Origin: the human T2T-CHM13v2.0 reference genome, Homo sapiens
Length of the DNA stretch: 64,000 bases
Reading direction: 5' to 3'
Assembly (NCBI GenBank): GCA_009914755.4
Contig: CP086569.2
Location: 11,680,001-11,744,000 of the forward strand
In this document: in pieces, positions 1 to 13,400 of the stretch
Numbering within the stretch: the stretch's first letter is position 1
How the letters are laid out: every line of letters begins with the position of its first letter
Notes under the pieces: model-generated
Database searches by the model: none
Seen by the model: the letters and a program-made list of their open reading frames with translations, nothing else
What the model was told of the DNA's origin: nothing
Program-made: the position numbers and the translations under genes

Positions 1-2096
1 AAAATCATCTCTTTCTTTAGACGGTAGCTAATGTCTCTAAACTAAGAACAATAGTATTAGCTGTATTCTCTTTCTTGTCCTCCCTATGTGATTTTTCATC
101 CCACATTTTGATTTAATCATATTAACTTTGATTCCCCTGGTACCATTAAGTATGCTTACATTTCTATAAACAATATCTTTTGACTCCCAGGCATTACAGA
201 TGAGCAGTCAGTAAAATCATTCTGTGGAATACTTTCTCTTTCCTTTTCTTCCATTTTTCTTAGTTGTATCATTTCTATATTGCCAGAGCACCTACAGTTG
301 CATTTCTTTCTGTCAGCTTTATCCAGCATTTGTTTTTGACTTTTATTTGAAGTTAAATATATTCCTTGCTCACTACAACACTGGGGGAAAGAAGGTTTCT
401 GTTGTCATTGTTGTGTTTGTACAGTTGTTTATTTAAAGACGTTGGGGAAAACAAAAACTGTATGTAGATGGAATGGAGATAAGACAGAAAATGAGAGAGA
501 CTGATGATGAGTGTGCCTATTCTAGACTGGGAGGCATGCTACACTGAGTAGTGTCTCAAGGCCGCAGGAAAGGATGGTTGATAGTGAGCAGGTGGACTTT
601 CCACTGGAGGAGAGAAGTCCTGCTCTCAACAACCTGTGCAGAACCAGAAACTGGTAATGCTTCAAATCAACTTACAGACCTGGAGGTAGAAATTTAAGAA
701 AACTCGTTTAGCACCTAGTTTCGTAGAAAATATTAGCTACTATTTGCTGAGCATCTGTCAGTCTGTCTGTAGCATGGAAGATCTGAGTGCAGGGGAAACT
801 GGATTAGTAACAGTGGGTCAGAAAATTATATAATATTCAACCAAAATTCCTGCTTTACATACACAGCACCTGATATTTCCAGAACTAGAAGGTAAAGAAA
901 TTATTTGTTCTTGAACTTGCAGACAACTGCCTTTTCCCTTCTTCTCTTGCATATTAACCTGGAGCTTCCCTTTTCTTGAGCCTCAGTGTGCTTCTCAACT
1001 CAACTTATAATTGACTTCCTGCAGCTTCTCCTTAGGACAGGGCTTTGTTTTGGGAGTGGTTAATTTGTAGGATTCATAGGAAACAGACCACTCACAGCAC
1101 CTGTTTTATGCCATCCTCACTCTCAGCTATGAGTTGAGGCCCAGGAAGCCTTCTGCCAGCCTCAACTGCTGCTCTCAGATTATCTGCTGAGTTCTTTTTG
1201 CCTAGTAAGAATCTCTGAATTTAGGAACATTGATGTTAGCGCTTGTGTTTCTAGGTTTTCCAGTTCCCAGGGCCATTAAACATTTTTTTTCCTTTCCTTT
1301 CCTTTTTCCAAAAAAATTGGTGATTCCCCTGGGTCTCTGTGGTTTAACCTTAGTCAGTTTTTGTGAGAGATTCAGGGATATTAATAAAGCCGTGCTGCTA
1401 CTGCTACTAACATCTTGAATAAAAGCCCTATTAATTAAAATGTTTATTGTGCCTGTGATTTGAACTTGTAATTTTATTCAAAGTTTTTCAACAGAGATCC
1501 AGAAAAGACCCTCCTTATATGTTTAGTTTTGTGCATTGCAACACTTTTTAGTGAAAAAAAATGAGAACAACACAAGTGATTTTAAAAGAATAAACCTACA
1601 ATCCATCAATTATAAAATGAAATACTATGCAGGTGTTAAGAATGAGGGAATCAATAAGAACTTGTGTGGGGTAATATAAACTTCTAAAAAATAAATTTAA
1701 TGTTCATGTGACCATATTATCGTTAAAAAAGTACAAACATACTTGCACACAACTTCAAGAAAAATGGGTACACGCATTTAAAAATATTTAAATTAAGTAA
1801 ATGGCCCAATAATTTAACTTTGTACAATTCTGTGTTCTCTGATTATTTTATATGCTAGAAACAGGTATTACTGTTTTGTTTATTTCATTTGAAATAATTG
1901 TAGTCACATGAGGTTTAAGTTATAATACAGAGAGGTCACATATGCCTATTTTCTAATTGGATACCTTATTTATTACAATTGAGTTTTGAGAATTTTTTAC
2001 ATATGCTAGATGTAAGTTCTTTGTCAGATATATGGTATACAAATTATTTCTCCCAGTCTGTAATTCATTTTTTCAACCTCTTTACAGGGTCTTTCT

Positions 2097-2100
<4 letters not shown>

Positions 2101-2127
<27 letters not shown>
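2101..2127. repeat. poly(A) run, 27 nt, internal to the L1 fragment
   Basis: direct read. Confidence 0.95.
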
Positions 2128-2131
<4 letters not shown>

Positions 2132-2261
2132 TTTATTTATTTTAATGAAGTCCAGTTTTATCACTTTTTCCTTTTGTAGATTTTGTTTTTGATATCAAGC
2201 CTAAAAATTATTTGCCTAGCCCAAGGTCTCAAGAGTTTTCTTATATTTTAAAAAGTTTAAT

Positions 2262-2430
2262 GAATTTATTTATTTATTAATTATTTTTGAGACGAGGTTT
2301 CGCCCAAGCTGTAGTGCAGTGGTGCCATCATTACTCACTGCAGCCACTAACTGCTGGATTGAAGTGATCCTTCCACCTCAGCCACTTGAGTAGTAGCTGG
2401 GATTACAGGCACGAGCTACCATACACAACT
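2262..2430 (-). mobile_element. Alu fragment (right arm), antisense; T-rich tail at 2262-2283
   Basis: tttttgagacgaggtttcgcccaagctgtagtgcagtggtgcc...cctcagccacttgagtagtagctgggattacaggcacgag is the reverse complement of the Alu consensus. Confidence 0.75.
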
Positions 2431-3054
2431 TTAAGTTTTATCATATTACATTTTACATTTAAGCCTGTGATTTATGTGAGCTAAATTTTATATAAAGTAT
2501 AAATTTAGATCAGTCTTAGTTTTTGTACCTGTGAATGTCCAATTGCTCTAGCACCATTTGTTGAAAAAGATATCCTTCCTTTAAACTGATTTTGCATCCT
2601 TGTTAAAAAAAAAAACTCAGTTGAATATAGTGTGGTCTGTCAGCTTTTAATAAGATAAAAACATTGGCACTCACCAGATATCGAAGTTTAGAAATTTTTT
2701 TAAAGCTAAACTTCTGAAAATTGAATAAAAACACCTTCACATGTCAAATTAGTCAATTTGTATAGGACTAATTCATTTAAATATATTAAAATACAAAATA
2801 ATTCAAACCACTAAAGTGATAATACAAGACTATAAATTTAAAGGCTAATTATTAAATCAAATTGCTGTATTCTACGTGTTAGAGTGAGCTCAAAAGATCC
2901 ATTGTATTACTGAATAGGCGAAAGTTTTAATTTCAGAGGATGAAACTGATATATTACTGCCACCTGGTGGATATTCTGTTATTACAGGCTATTATAAAAA
3001 TCAATGAGAGTATGTAATCTGTTCTAACAAGAAGCATTTCCTTTTTTGTCGTTT

Positions 3055-3290
3055 TTATTATTGTTATTATTACATTTTAAATTCTGAGATACATGTATAG
3101 AACGTGGAGATTTGTTACATAGGTATACACATGCCATGGTGGTTTACTGCACCCATCAACCCATCATCTAAGTTAGGTATTTCTCCTAATGCTATCACTC
3201 CCCCAGCCTCCCACTCCGCTGACAGGCCCCGGTATGTGATGTTCCCCTCCCTGTGTCCATGTGTTCTCATTGTTCAACTCAAAAGAAAAA
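3055..3290 (-). mobile_element. LINE-1 (L1PA/L1PB-type) extreme 3'-end fragment, antisense, 5'-truncated
   Basis: ggtatacacatgccatggtggtttactgcacccatcaacc...ggtatttctcctaatgctatcactccccc...tgtgtccatgtgttctcattgttcaa is the reverse complement of the L1 ORF2 C-terminus/3'UTR; T-rich tail remnant at 3055-3070. The plus-strand ORF 3104..3322 is an artefact of this. Confidence 0.7.
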
Positions 3291-3360
3291 CAGAAGCATT
3301 TTCTGTTTTACCAATTTCTTAAATACAATGCAACTTTATGTTTAATTTAACTAACTTAAT

Positions 3361-3651
3361 TTTTTGAGACAAGGTCTAGCTCTGCTGCCCAGGCTGGAGT
3401 GGAGTGGCGTGAATATGGTTCAGTGAAACCTCCACCTCCCTGACTCAAGTGATCCTCCTTCCTCAGTCTCTCGAGTAGCTAGGACCACAGGCACGCCACC
3501 ACCATGGCCAGCTAATTTCTTTTTGATTTTTTTAGAGATGAGGTCTCACTTTGTTGTCCACGCTGGTCTCAAACTCCTGGGCTCAAAGGATCCTCTTGCC
3601 ATGGCCTCCAACAGTGCTGGGATTTATAGGTGTGTGCCATGGCACCAGGCC
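3361..3651 (-). mobile_element. Alu, full length, antisense
   Basis: tttttgagacaaggtctagctctgctgcccaggctggagtg...gtgctgggatttataggtgtgtgccatggcaccaggcc. Confidence 0.85.
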
Positions 3652-3919
3652 TAAGCAACTGTAGAGAAGCCTTTTTTTCTTTCATAAAAGCAGTTGTAGA
3701 TATTTTCCTTATGGAATTTATTTGTGGTGAAATATTTTAATAGACAGTTTAATTTGTTAAATAACTTGTCTCAGATAATAATAATTTATTAATATTAAAA
3801 CTACAAAATAAGTCGGGTCTTCTTTTTCTATGAAAACTGAAAGTTGATTCTGACATTTATGTAAACATTTTAAATATTCAAAGTATATAAATGTGAAGTC
3901 CTATCAAGAGTAATTAGAC

Positions 3920-6134
3920 AAGAGAAAGAAATAAAGAGCATTCAAATCGGAAAGGAGGACATCAAATTGTTCATATTTGCAGATGACATGATCTTATATA
4001 TAGGAAAACCTGAAGACTCTACCAGAAAACTTTTAGAACAAACAAATTCAGTGACGTTGCAAGACACAAAACTAATACACAAAGATTGGTTGCATTTATA
4101 TGTATGAACAACAAACTCGCTGAAAAAGAAATTAAGAAGGCAAACCCATTTACAATAGTTACCAAAAGAAAACCCAGACATAAATGTAACCAAGGAGGTA
4201 AAATGAAAACTACAAAACACTAATGAAAGAAATTGAAGAGGATACAAACAAATGAAAAGACATTCACACTCATGGATCAGAAATATGAATGTTGTTAAAG
4301 TGACAGTACTACTCAAAAGCAACCTGCAGATTCAATGCAATCTCTATCAAAATACCTATGAACATTCTTCACAAAATTAAAAAAAAAATCCAAAGAGATT
4401 TTATGGAATCAAAAAATATCCTGAAGAGCCAAAGCCACCCTAAGCAAAAAAAAACAAAGCTGGATGTATCATGCTACCAGACCTCAGAATATACTACAAA
4501 ACTGTAGTAACCAAAACATCATGGTATTGGCATAAAAACAGACACATAGACCTATGGAATAGAATAAAGAACCCAGAAAATCCACATATCTCAGCCAACG
4601 GATTTTTTACAAAGATGCCAAAACACTCATTGGGGAAAGGATAGTCTCTTCAATAAATGGTGCTGGGAAAACTGGATATCCATATGCAGAAGAATGAAAC
4701 TAAACCTCTGCCTCTCACCCTATACAAAAGTCAACTCAAAGTATCTCAAATACCCAAATATAAGACCCAAAATGGTAAAGCTACTAGAAGAAAACATAGG
4801 GGAGATCCTTCAGGACATTGCTCTGGGAAAATATTTTATGAATAAGGCATCAAAAGCACAGACAACAAAAGAAAAAATAAACAAATGAGATCACATCAAG
4901 GTAAAAATCTTCTGCACAGCAAAGGAAATAATAAAGTGAGTGAAAAGACAACCTACAGAATGGGAGAAAATATAAACTCATCTGGCAGGAAATTAATAAC
5001 AAGAATATACAAGGAATTCAAACATATCAACAGCAAAGAAGCACAACAATCTAATTAAATATAAACAAATGCTCTGAACAGACATTTCTCAAAAGAAGAC
5101 ATACAAATGACCAACAAATATATGAAAAAAATGTTCAACACCACTAATCAGCAAGGAAATGTTAATCAAAGCCACAGTGAGGCATCATCTTACTCCACTT
5201 AGGATGGCTATTACAGAAGAGACAAAAATAACAAATGCTGACAAAGACGTGAAGAAAAGGGACTTTTTTTTGACAGAATCTCACTCTCCGTCCAGGCTAG
5301 AGTGCAGTGGTGGTGTAATCTGGCTCCCTCTGCCTCTAGGGTTCAAATAGTTCTCCTCCCTCAGCCTCCTGAGTAGCTGGAGAAAAAGGAACTCTTACGT
5401 ACTGTTGGTAGGAATGTAAATTAGTGCAGCCAGTATGGAGAACAATATTGAAACACCTCAAGAAATCCCACTACTGGGAATTTATCCAAAGGAAAGAAAA
5501 GCATTATATTGCAGAGACATCTGCATCCCCATGTTTATTGCAACAGTGTTCACAATAGCCAAGATATGGAATCAACCTAGGTTTCCAACAACAGATGAAT
5601 GGATTTTTTAACTATGGTATATATATATCAAGAAATGCTATTTAGCCATAAAAAAGAATAAATAAAATCCTGTCATTCTCAGCAACATGGATGGAACTGG
5701 AGGATATTATGTTAAGCAAAATAAGCCAGGAATAGAAATTTCAACACCACATGTTCTCACTCACGCAGAAGCTAAAAAAAAGTTGATCTCATAGAAGTAA
5801 AAAGTAGAACAGACGATACTGCAGGCTGAAAAGGGTAGGGAGAAAGGAGGAATAGTAAGAGATTTGTTAATGGATACAAAATTACAGCTAGGTAGGAGTA
5901 ATAAGTTCTAGTGTTCTATAGTACTGTAGATGACTATAGTTAACATACTATATTATGTAGTTTAAAATACCTAGGAGTAGTTTAAATGTTCCCAACACAA
6001 AGAAATAATAAATGTTTGAGATGATAGATATGCTAATTACCCTGATCTGATCACCATCTACATGTACTGAAACATCCCCGTATAGCCATGAATATGTATA
6101 ATCTTTGTCAATTTAAAAAGTAAAAAAAAAAAAA
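3920..6134 (+). mobile_element. LINE-1 ORF2-to-3'UTR fragment (degenerate, many stops and frameshifts), poly(A) at 6122-6134; carries a nested Alu at 5264-5380
   Basis: L1 ORF2 peptide pieces in shifting frames: ..[16 protein letters not shown].. (3960-4020); [41 protein letters not shown] (4450-4575); [76 protein letters not shown] (4650-4890); pseudo-3' end ...gtcaatttaaaaagt plus A13. The minus ORF 3942..4322 and plus ORFs 4657..5350 are artefacts. Confidence 0.75.
5264..5380 (-). mobile_element. Alu fragment nested inside the L1, antisense, flanked by a direct repeat gaaaagggac / gaaaaaggaac (candidate target-site duplication)
   Basis: ttttttttgacagaatctcactctccgtccaggctagagtgcagtggtgg...cctcagcctcctgagtagctgg; L1 ORF2 sequence resumes immediately after (agaaaaaggaactcttacgtactgttggtaggaatgtaaattag). 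Confidence 0.7.
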
Positions 6135-6240
6135 ATAATCTTGGAGAATTCATTTGAAGGACTTATACTCAAGAAATCAACTTAAGTACCTGAGTCTCCT
6201 TGGGATTTGTGTTTTCTAGACCAGTACTTCTCCAAATTAA

Positions 6241-6545
6241 AGCAAATTTAGGCTGGGCATTGTGGCCCATGTCTATAATCTCAGCACTTTGGAATGCCGA
6301 GGCGGGCAGATCACTTGAGGTCAGGAGTTCGAGACCAGCTGACCCAACATTGTGAAACCCTTTCTCTACTAAAAATACAAAAATTAGCCGGGGATGATGG
6401 CATGTGCCTGTAATCCCAGTTACTTTGGAGGCCGAGGCAAGATAATCGCTTGAACTGGAGAGGTGGATGTTGCAGTGAGCCGAGATTGCACCACTGCGCT
6501 CCAGCCTGGGCAACAGAGCAAGACTCTGTCTCAAAAAAAATAAAA
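6241..6545 (+). mobile_element. Alu, full length, sense, A-rich tail at 6532-6545
   Basis: ggctgggcattgtggcccatgtctataatctcagcactttggaatgccgaggcgggcagatcacttgaggtcaggagttcgagaccagc...gcactgcgctccagcctgggcaacagagcaagactctgtctcaaaaaaaa; the minus ORFs 6169..6577 are artefacts. Confidence 0.9.
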
Positions 6546-8278
6546 AGCGAATTTAGTTCACTTTGGTATTGTGTCAAAATGTTGATTCTTTTAAAGTAAA
6601 TCTAAAGAATTGAGATGTAGTTGAAGCTTGTCATCTGTTCTTAATTTTTTTTAATAAAAATATAATATTTAGACTCAGAATAAATCTAAAGTGAGACCTG
6701 AAGCTGCTCCCAGGTGATACTGATGCTGCTTATTTTTCCCCAGATTTTGAGTCACAAGGTTCTAAATTATTGGTTTGAAGTCCTACATGAGTAATCACTT
6801 GGGAAGCTCAATGAACACCCAGCAATAGACTATTAATAAACCAGAATCTTCAGTATTAGGCTTCAATCATTGGCAATTTTTTTTTTTGACACACAGTCTC
6901 CCACTGTCTCCCAGGCTGAAGTCCTGAGGCCAGAATGAGACTAGGACATGGTTCCTTTGCCTAAGTAAAGTGAGGCAGACAATGGAATACTTCAGACTTC
7001 AAATTAGTATGGTAAGTGCTATGAAAAGTATGATTAAAGTTCATTATTTACCCAGAAAAGTGTCACTCAGCGCAGCCTGGGAGTTAGAGAAGGTTTCCTG
7101 AAGTCTTGACATGTGAGTCATGAAAGGACATAAGGAGTTAACCCCGTGAGAAAATAAGCTAAGAGAATTCTCAACAAAAGACAAAATATTGGCAAAGTCT
7201 TTTAGGCATATACTAGCTTAGTATTATTGGGAGAATGTAATGATTTTCTCTATTTCAAAAGTGTAAAATACAAAGTGGGCCATGATATGAGATAAACCAG
7301 TAAATATGTTCTGGGAACAGATCATAGAAGGGAGTGTATGTTGTCCTAAGGAGCTTAAACTTCAGCTTCAGTTCATGGGACCCAGTGACAAGATCTGAGC
7401 AGGGGAAGGATGTGGCTAGAGGGGCATTTTAGACAGACAAGATCCTCTGTGGATTACACCTAGGCTAAGCAACTGGTTAAAGTTGTTATCTTAAGACAAT
7501 AGTCCAGGTAAAAATAATAAAGTTTTAAATTAGGATGTTAGTAAGAATGAGGAAGAGGGATGGATTTCAGAAATAGTAAGGAAATGTATTAGCAGGACTT
7601 GATTAGTGATTGACTTGGGGAAGGAGGGAAAGATAGAGTTCAGGATGACTCCGAGACTGTCTGGTGTAAGTGGCTAATGACTGAAGCTATTAATAGAGGT
7701 AGGAAATGCAGACCAAAAGCAGGCCCGGGGTGAGAGATGATAAATTTGCATTTTGACATGTTGAGTTTTCACATCCAGGATGAAATAACCACAAGACATT
7801 TAAATATAAGAATCTGAAAAGGTAAGCATCATAAGCATATTAGCTATTGGTAAAATGCTGATACTTAATGAAGTCTCGCAGGGAGGCAGTACAGAGGCAA
7901 GCAATGGGCTGGGGATAAAACATAGGGAAATATTATTTAAATAAAGATGAAAGAAAAGGAGCCCACAAAGGAAGATGAAAAGGCATAGTCAAAAAAGAGG
8001 CTTGCCAAAGTGCCACCTTTGAAGCTCTGCTGTTACACTTTATAAGGAAACTTTTGGTTACCTGGGATTGCATGCATTTATAAAAGTTTCTATTATTAGG
8101 AAGACAATAATAATGATAAGGCTCTTTCTCATTTTTGTCAGTGTAATTTATCTATTTAATTGTAGAACCGAGTTCCAGGATGCTTAATCTGAAGTATACA
8201 CTTGGGGCAAAATGAATTATATCTTAATAATAATCTGGAATTTTTCTCTCTAACTTGACATATTTTAATTCTTGCTAG

Positions 8279-8380
8279 ATTTTCAAAACGTCATACCTCG
8301 AACCACCACCAGATGGCTATGAGAATGTTACAAACATTGTGCCACCATATAATGCTTTCTCAGCCCGAGGCATGCCAGAG
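8279..8380 (+). other. candidate orphan exon of 102 nt (phase 0): AG acceptor at 8277-8278 after a T-rich tract, GTAAAA donor at 8381-8386; open frame [34 protein letters not shown]
   Basis: Splice-like boundaries seen directly (ttaattcttgctag|att... and ...ccagag|gtaaaataaa). The open frame is exactly bounded by them. No repeat signature. I could not place the peptide in a known protein. Confidence 0.15.
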
Positions 8381-8687
8381 GTAAAATAAAATACATTTGT
8401 AACCCAAGTCTTTAAATGGTTCTTTTGCTATATAAAACCTGTATAGAGGACTAAAACCAAGAAAATAAGGTGAATCATTCATGCGGATTCATTGTTTGAT
8501 ATTCAGTACTATGACAACCTCATCCCTCAAATTTAAAAAAGTATAATAAAATAGAAAAGAACACGAGAGAGACAAAAAAGAAACAAAACAAATACATTAA
8601 AAACTGACCCTGCTGAAGCAGATGCCACTCTTTGAAATAACAAAGAAGCTACTGAACACGCCTTTAATTCAGTGGGGCAGTAGGTGT

Positions 8688-9007
<320 letters not shown>

Positions 9008-9124
9008 TTAAAAAGGTAAACTTTCTATTTGCCCTCTAAAGGTTTGCAGAAAGTGAATGGACAAAACATAAATTAATAGAAGAAAGAGGCAAAAAAAAAA
9101 TTCTGTATAATGTAGCGGAAAAAT

Positions 9125-9267
9125 CACAGGGTCTCACTCAGTTACCCAGCATGAAGTGCAGTGGTGTGATCATGGCTCATTGCAACCTTGAATTCTCAGG
9201 CACAAGTGATTCTCCCCCCTAAGCCTGTGGAGTAGCTGGGATCACAGGGGCATGCCACCATGCCCAC
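9125..9267 (-). mobile_element. Alu left-arm fragment, antisense
   Basis: cacagggtctcactcagttacccagcatgaagtgcagtggtgtgatcatggctcattgcaacc...cctgtggagtagctgggatcacaggggcatgccaccatgcccac. Confidence 0.65.
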
Positions 9268-9607
9268 ATACATGGGTGTTTGCTGGAGAGGAGATGGAGA
9301 CTCTCTGTCCTGGATGTGAGACAGGTGGCTGGCATCTGGGTAAGGATGACATTCCCTCATTGCTAAAGACTAAAAGAGGAAAGTGTCATGGATAGTGCAA
9401 GCAGGGACATGCCCTGACCTAGTGAGGTCCAGAGGCTTATATTGGCCTTCATAGGGGAGTGGGAAGAAGCGAGAATAGGCAACCTAGGGGAAATAAATGA
9501 CCTAAAATCAAAGAAATAGATCATCAGAAGTGTAGATGTATTAGTCAGGGTTCTCTAGAGTGACAGAATTAAAGGACTATATACATATATATATATATAT
9601 ATATGAA

Positions 9608-10017
9608 GGGGAGTGAGATGGTTAATAATGAGTGTCAACTTGATAGGATTGAGGGATATGAAGTTTTGATCCAGGGTGTGTCTGTGAGAGTGTTGCCGAA
9701 AGAGATTAACATTTGAGTCAGCGGGCTGAGCAAGGCAGACCCACCCTTAATCTGGTGGGCACAATCTAATCTGCTGCCAGCAAATATAAAGCAGGCAGAA
9801 AAATTTGAAAAGGAGAGACTGGCCTATCCTCCCAGCCTACATCTTTCTCCCATGCTGATTTCTTCCTGCCCTCAAACATTGGACTCAATGGCTCTCCTTT
9901 CTCATCAGTTTGCAGACAGTCCATTGTGTAACTTATGATCTTGTAAGTTAATAAACTCCCCTTTATAAATAAATACATATATGTGTGTTTGCATATATAT
10001 ATGTATGTGTGTGTGTA

Positions 10018-10048
<31 letters not shown>

Positions 10049-10092
10049 GCATATATCCTGTTCTGTCCCTCTAGATGTAACTGGCTAATACA
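9608..10092 (+). mobile_element. second copy of the same LTR family inserted in inverse orientation inside the TA-rich repeat of the first LTR; carries TATAAATAAA at 9964-9973 about 120 bp before its end
   Basis: 9608-9770 is the reverse complement of the LTR end seen at 10330-10486 (ggcagacccacccttaatc versus gattaagggtgggtctgcc); 10060-10092 ccctctagatgtaactggctaataca is the reverse complement of the LTR start. Confidence 0.5.
9975..10060. repeat. (TG)n/(TA)n compound microsatellite; other (TA)n tracts at 9585-9604 and 13690-13770
   Basis: direct read. Confidence 0.9.
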
Positions 10093-10486
10093 GGAAGTTT
10101 ATTAAGTATTAACTCACACAATCACCAAGTCTCACAATAGGCCATCTGCTGGATGAGGAGCAAAAAGAGCCAGCCAGAGTTCCAAAACTGAAGAACTTGG
10201 AGTCCATGTTCGAGGGCAAGAAGCATCCAGCATAGGAGAAAGATGTAGGCTGGGAGGTGAGGCCCGTCTCTTTTCACGTTTTTCTGTCTGCTTATAGTAT
10301 GGCTGGGTTGGCAGCTGATTGGATTGTGCCCACATAGATTAAGGGTGGGTCTGCCTTTCCCAGCCCACTGACTCACATATTAATCTTTTTTTGGCAACAC
10401 CCTCACAGACACACCCAGGATGAATACTTTACATCCTTCAATCCAGTCAAGTTGACACTCATTATTAACCATCACAATCCCACCCC

Positions 10487-13400
10487 TTGTGAAATTCAAC
10501 CCACACACATCTCCTGAGATCATACATAATCTTAAAATACAGACAATAGTAAGGTCATAATTACACCTAACATAATAAACTATCCTTCCTACAGTTGGAA
10601 ATGCACCAATCCCCAACCTAAATACTATTACATAAAGCAAACAATACTTAAATGCTGATATGAGGTCAGTAAATCTATGTCACCTGATAAAGAAAAGGGA
10701 AATGAAATGAAGATATTTTCTTAGTACAAGGGCATACATGCACAAACATGTTTTTAACAAAAGAAGAAGGAAATACTCATGATAGTTCCAGTCCTCATTT
10801 CTGCAGCTGGTCAGGTGGTCGTAGCTGGTATTCATAACTACTTTCTTCCACTATCCATTCTGTATTCCCTTTGCCTTCAACAAGCACCTCAGCAGGTCGT
10901 GGCCCGGAGAGGATCTGGACCATTTGTATTCCTACCTGGATTGGGTATAATTTCCCATTTACCTTAATCAGAGTGCATGATAATACCAGGAGACGCCCTA
11001 ATGGATCTCCTATATTCCATGCATACTCTTCCTCACTTCCATTGTGGAGTAGCGGACTGACTTCATCTTGATAGTCTGGGTCAATTACTGCTGCCAACAT
11101 TGTAACTCCATTCTTAGCTTGTTGACTTAAAGGTAGGAGTACCCCAAAGCTTTTAAGTGGCCATGTTAACTTCCAGTTTAATACAATCCTTATTGTGTCT
11201 CCTGGTAGCAGCGTTCTTCCCTCTGGAGCTAAGAAGACTAATAAAGCAGAACCTAATGTTGTGGGAACAGAAAGCAAACATTTTGCTAGTGCATCATAGT
11301 GAGTGGTTCCACTTTCATATCCACCCCTTGAATCCTGGATCTGTGAATCCTGGTTATCAGAGAAACAATACCATACATTGGGCGCTGATTCAGAGCACAC
11401 ATGCTCTTCTGGAGTATGGTGCCCCAGCCCAGCAAAGTATTGTAACCTAGTTGACGTTGTAATCGCGACCTCAAAAGGCCGTCCCACCATTCTATAAATC
11501 CAGCTGCTTCAGGAAGATGGGGAATATGGTAAGACCAGTGAATTCCGTGAGCATGAGCCCACTGCCTCACTTCTTTACCTGTAAAGTGAGTGCTTGGTCA
11601 GAAGTAATGCTGTGTGGAATACCGTGATAGTGGATAAGGCATTCCTTGAGTCCATAAATTGTAGTCTTGGCAGAAGCATTGCATGCAGATAGGCAAACCC
11701 ATATCCTGAGTAAGTTCCTGTTCCAATGAGGACAAACCTCTCTCCTTTCCATGGTGGAAGACGTCCAATATAATCAACCTGCCACCGGGTAGCTCGTCGA
11801 TCACCCCAGGGAATGATGCCATACAAAGGGTTCACTGCTAGTCTCTGTTGTTGCTGGCAAATTGGGCACTCAGCAGTGGCCACAGATAGTTCGGCCTTGG
11901 TGAGTGGAAGTCCACATTGCTGAATCCATGCATAGCCTCCATCCCTGCCACCATGGCCACTATGTTCATGGGTTTATTGGACAATGACAGGGGTGTCTGA
12001 GGAAAGAGGCTGAGTGGTATCCACAGAACGGGTCATCTTATCCACTTGATTATCAAAATCCTCCTCTGCTGAAGTCACTTGTTGGTCAACACTCACACAG
12101 GGTACAAATATCTTCAGTTTTTGACCACTCAGAGATGTCCATCTACATACTCTTTTTCCAATTTTCTTTGTCACCAATTTTCCAATCATGCTTCTTCCAA
12201 GTCCCTGACCATCCAGCCAAACCATTGGCTACAGCCCATGAATCAGTATATAACCGCATATCTGGAAATTTCTCCTTCCATGCAAAGTGCACAATCAGGT
12301 GCACTGCTGAATGTTCTGCCCACTGGGAAGATTGTCCTTCACCACTGTCCTTCAGGGATGTCCTAGAAAGGGGCTGTAGTGCTTCAGCTGTCCACTTTTG
12401 GGCAGTACCTGCCTATTGTGGAGAACCATCTCTGAGCCAGGCCCTAGTCCTCCCTTCCTGTGTCAACTGCTCAAAGGCAAGTCCCCATGAGGTCATCAGT
12501 GCAGGCCGTGGGAGAGAAGGCAGGGTGGCAGGAGTAGAGACCATGGGCAATTGAGCCACTTCCTCATGTAACTTTCTTGTGCCCCCAGGACCTGCTTCAG
12601 CCCAACCACTTAAACATCATTTCCATTTGATGATTGAGTGCTGTTGTGCATGACCCACTTTATGGCTACATGAGTCAGAAAGCACCCAGTTCATGATAGG
12701 AAGTTCAGGTCGCATGGTGACTTGTTGACTCATAGTCAAATGTTCAGTTTCCCCAAAAGCCCAGTATAGGACAAGAGCTGTCTCTCAAAAGGAGAGTAGT
12801 TAACTGGAGAAGATGACAGGGCCTTGTTGCAAAATGAGGCCTCCACCATGATTCACCTATGGAGGCCTGCCAAAGCCTCAAAGCAGCATTCCTATCTGCC
12901 ATGGACACCTCGGGGGGACCCAGCCTCCCCTTCATTCAAGGGGTTCTGGGTCTGTAAACTGTCTCAAGGCTGGAAATTGATTGAGGGGCCATGAATCTCT
13001 GTTTTTATAGTTCCAATTAGTCTTTTATGTGTTTGACCTTAAGTTTCCTCCTTACATAAATTAAGTGGGAATACATTAGTCTTCCTGTCAGTTTCACTTC
13101 TAGGAACACTGTGATTAGTTAGCCAATGCCAGAGCTCTACATGAGTCAGACTGTTCAGATTGCTGCTTTGTCTTTTCTGCCCATTACAGTAGCTACGCCC
13201 ACCGTGCCTTTGAGGGTTGAGTGCTACCACTTGGCCCCTGCCACTTCAGGATCCAATTATTCCAAATTGTATTTAACTTCTGTAACTGAGTGACTGCAGT
13301 TCTCACCATTAGATCTGACATACAGAGAAGAGCCTTTACAGGGCTCTTCAAAGATGCAGGTGCTGTCCTCACAAATCTATTTTGCAAGGTGTTTGTCAAA

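Larger units (their letters stand above)
1975..2640 (+). mobile_element. LINE-1 3'-terminal fragment (old L1M/L1PB-like), interrupted by an Alu at 2262-2430 and carrying an A26 run at 2101-2127
   Basis: Blocks matching the L1 3' end: ttgtcagatatatgg..caaat.atttctcccag.ctgt (about 1990-2060); tttaatgaagtccag...cctagcccaaggtc..agag.tttct (2140-2240); tccaattgctctagcaccatttgttgaaaaagat (2535-2575) after the Alu. Confidence 0.55.
9536..10486 (-). mobile_element. ERV LTR (ERVL/MLT2-like family by recall), likely the 3' LTR of the adjacent provirus remnant; split into 9536-9604 and 10093-10486 by an inverted LTR copy
   Basis: Ends TGTATTAGTCAGGGTTCTCTAGAG...(TA)n and ...ccctcacagacacacccagga...agtcaagttgacactcattattaaccatcaca; near-identical in organisation to the LTR at 13658-14132. 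Orientation assigned as co-linear with the minus-strand pol it flanks. Confidence 0.5.

Noticed and set aside
3942-5350. ORFs 3942..4322 (-), 4657..4845, 4694..4888, 5159..5350 (+)
   Set aside because: They lie inside a degenerate L1 ORF2 fragment and its nested Alu, and are fragments or antisense readings of retrotransposon sequence
10795-11490. 231-aa ORF on the minus strand as a possible intact gene
   Set aside because: It is the dUTPase domain of an endogenous retrovirus pol, preceded by frameshifted integrase and RNase H pieces. It has no independent start context and the provirus is internally deleted. It was annotated as a pseudogene/ERV remnant instead
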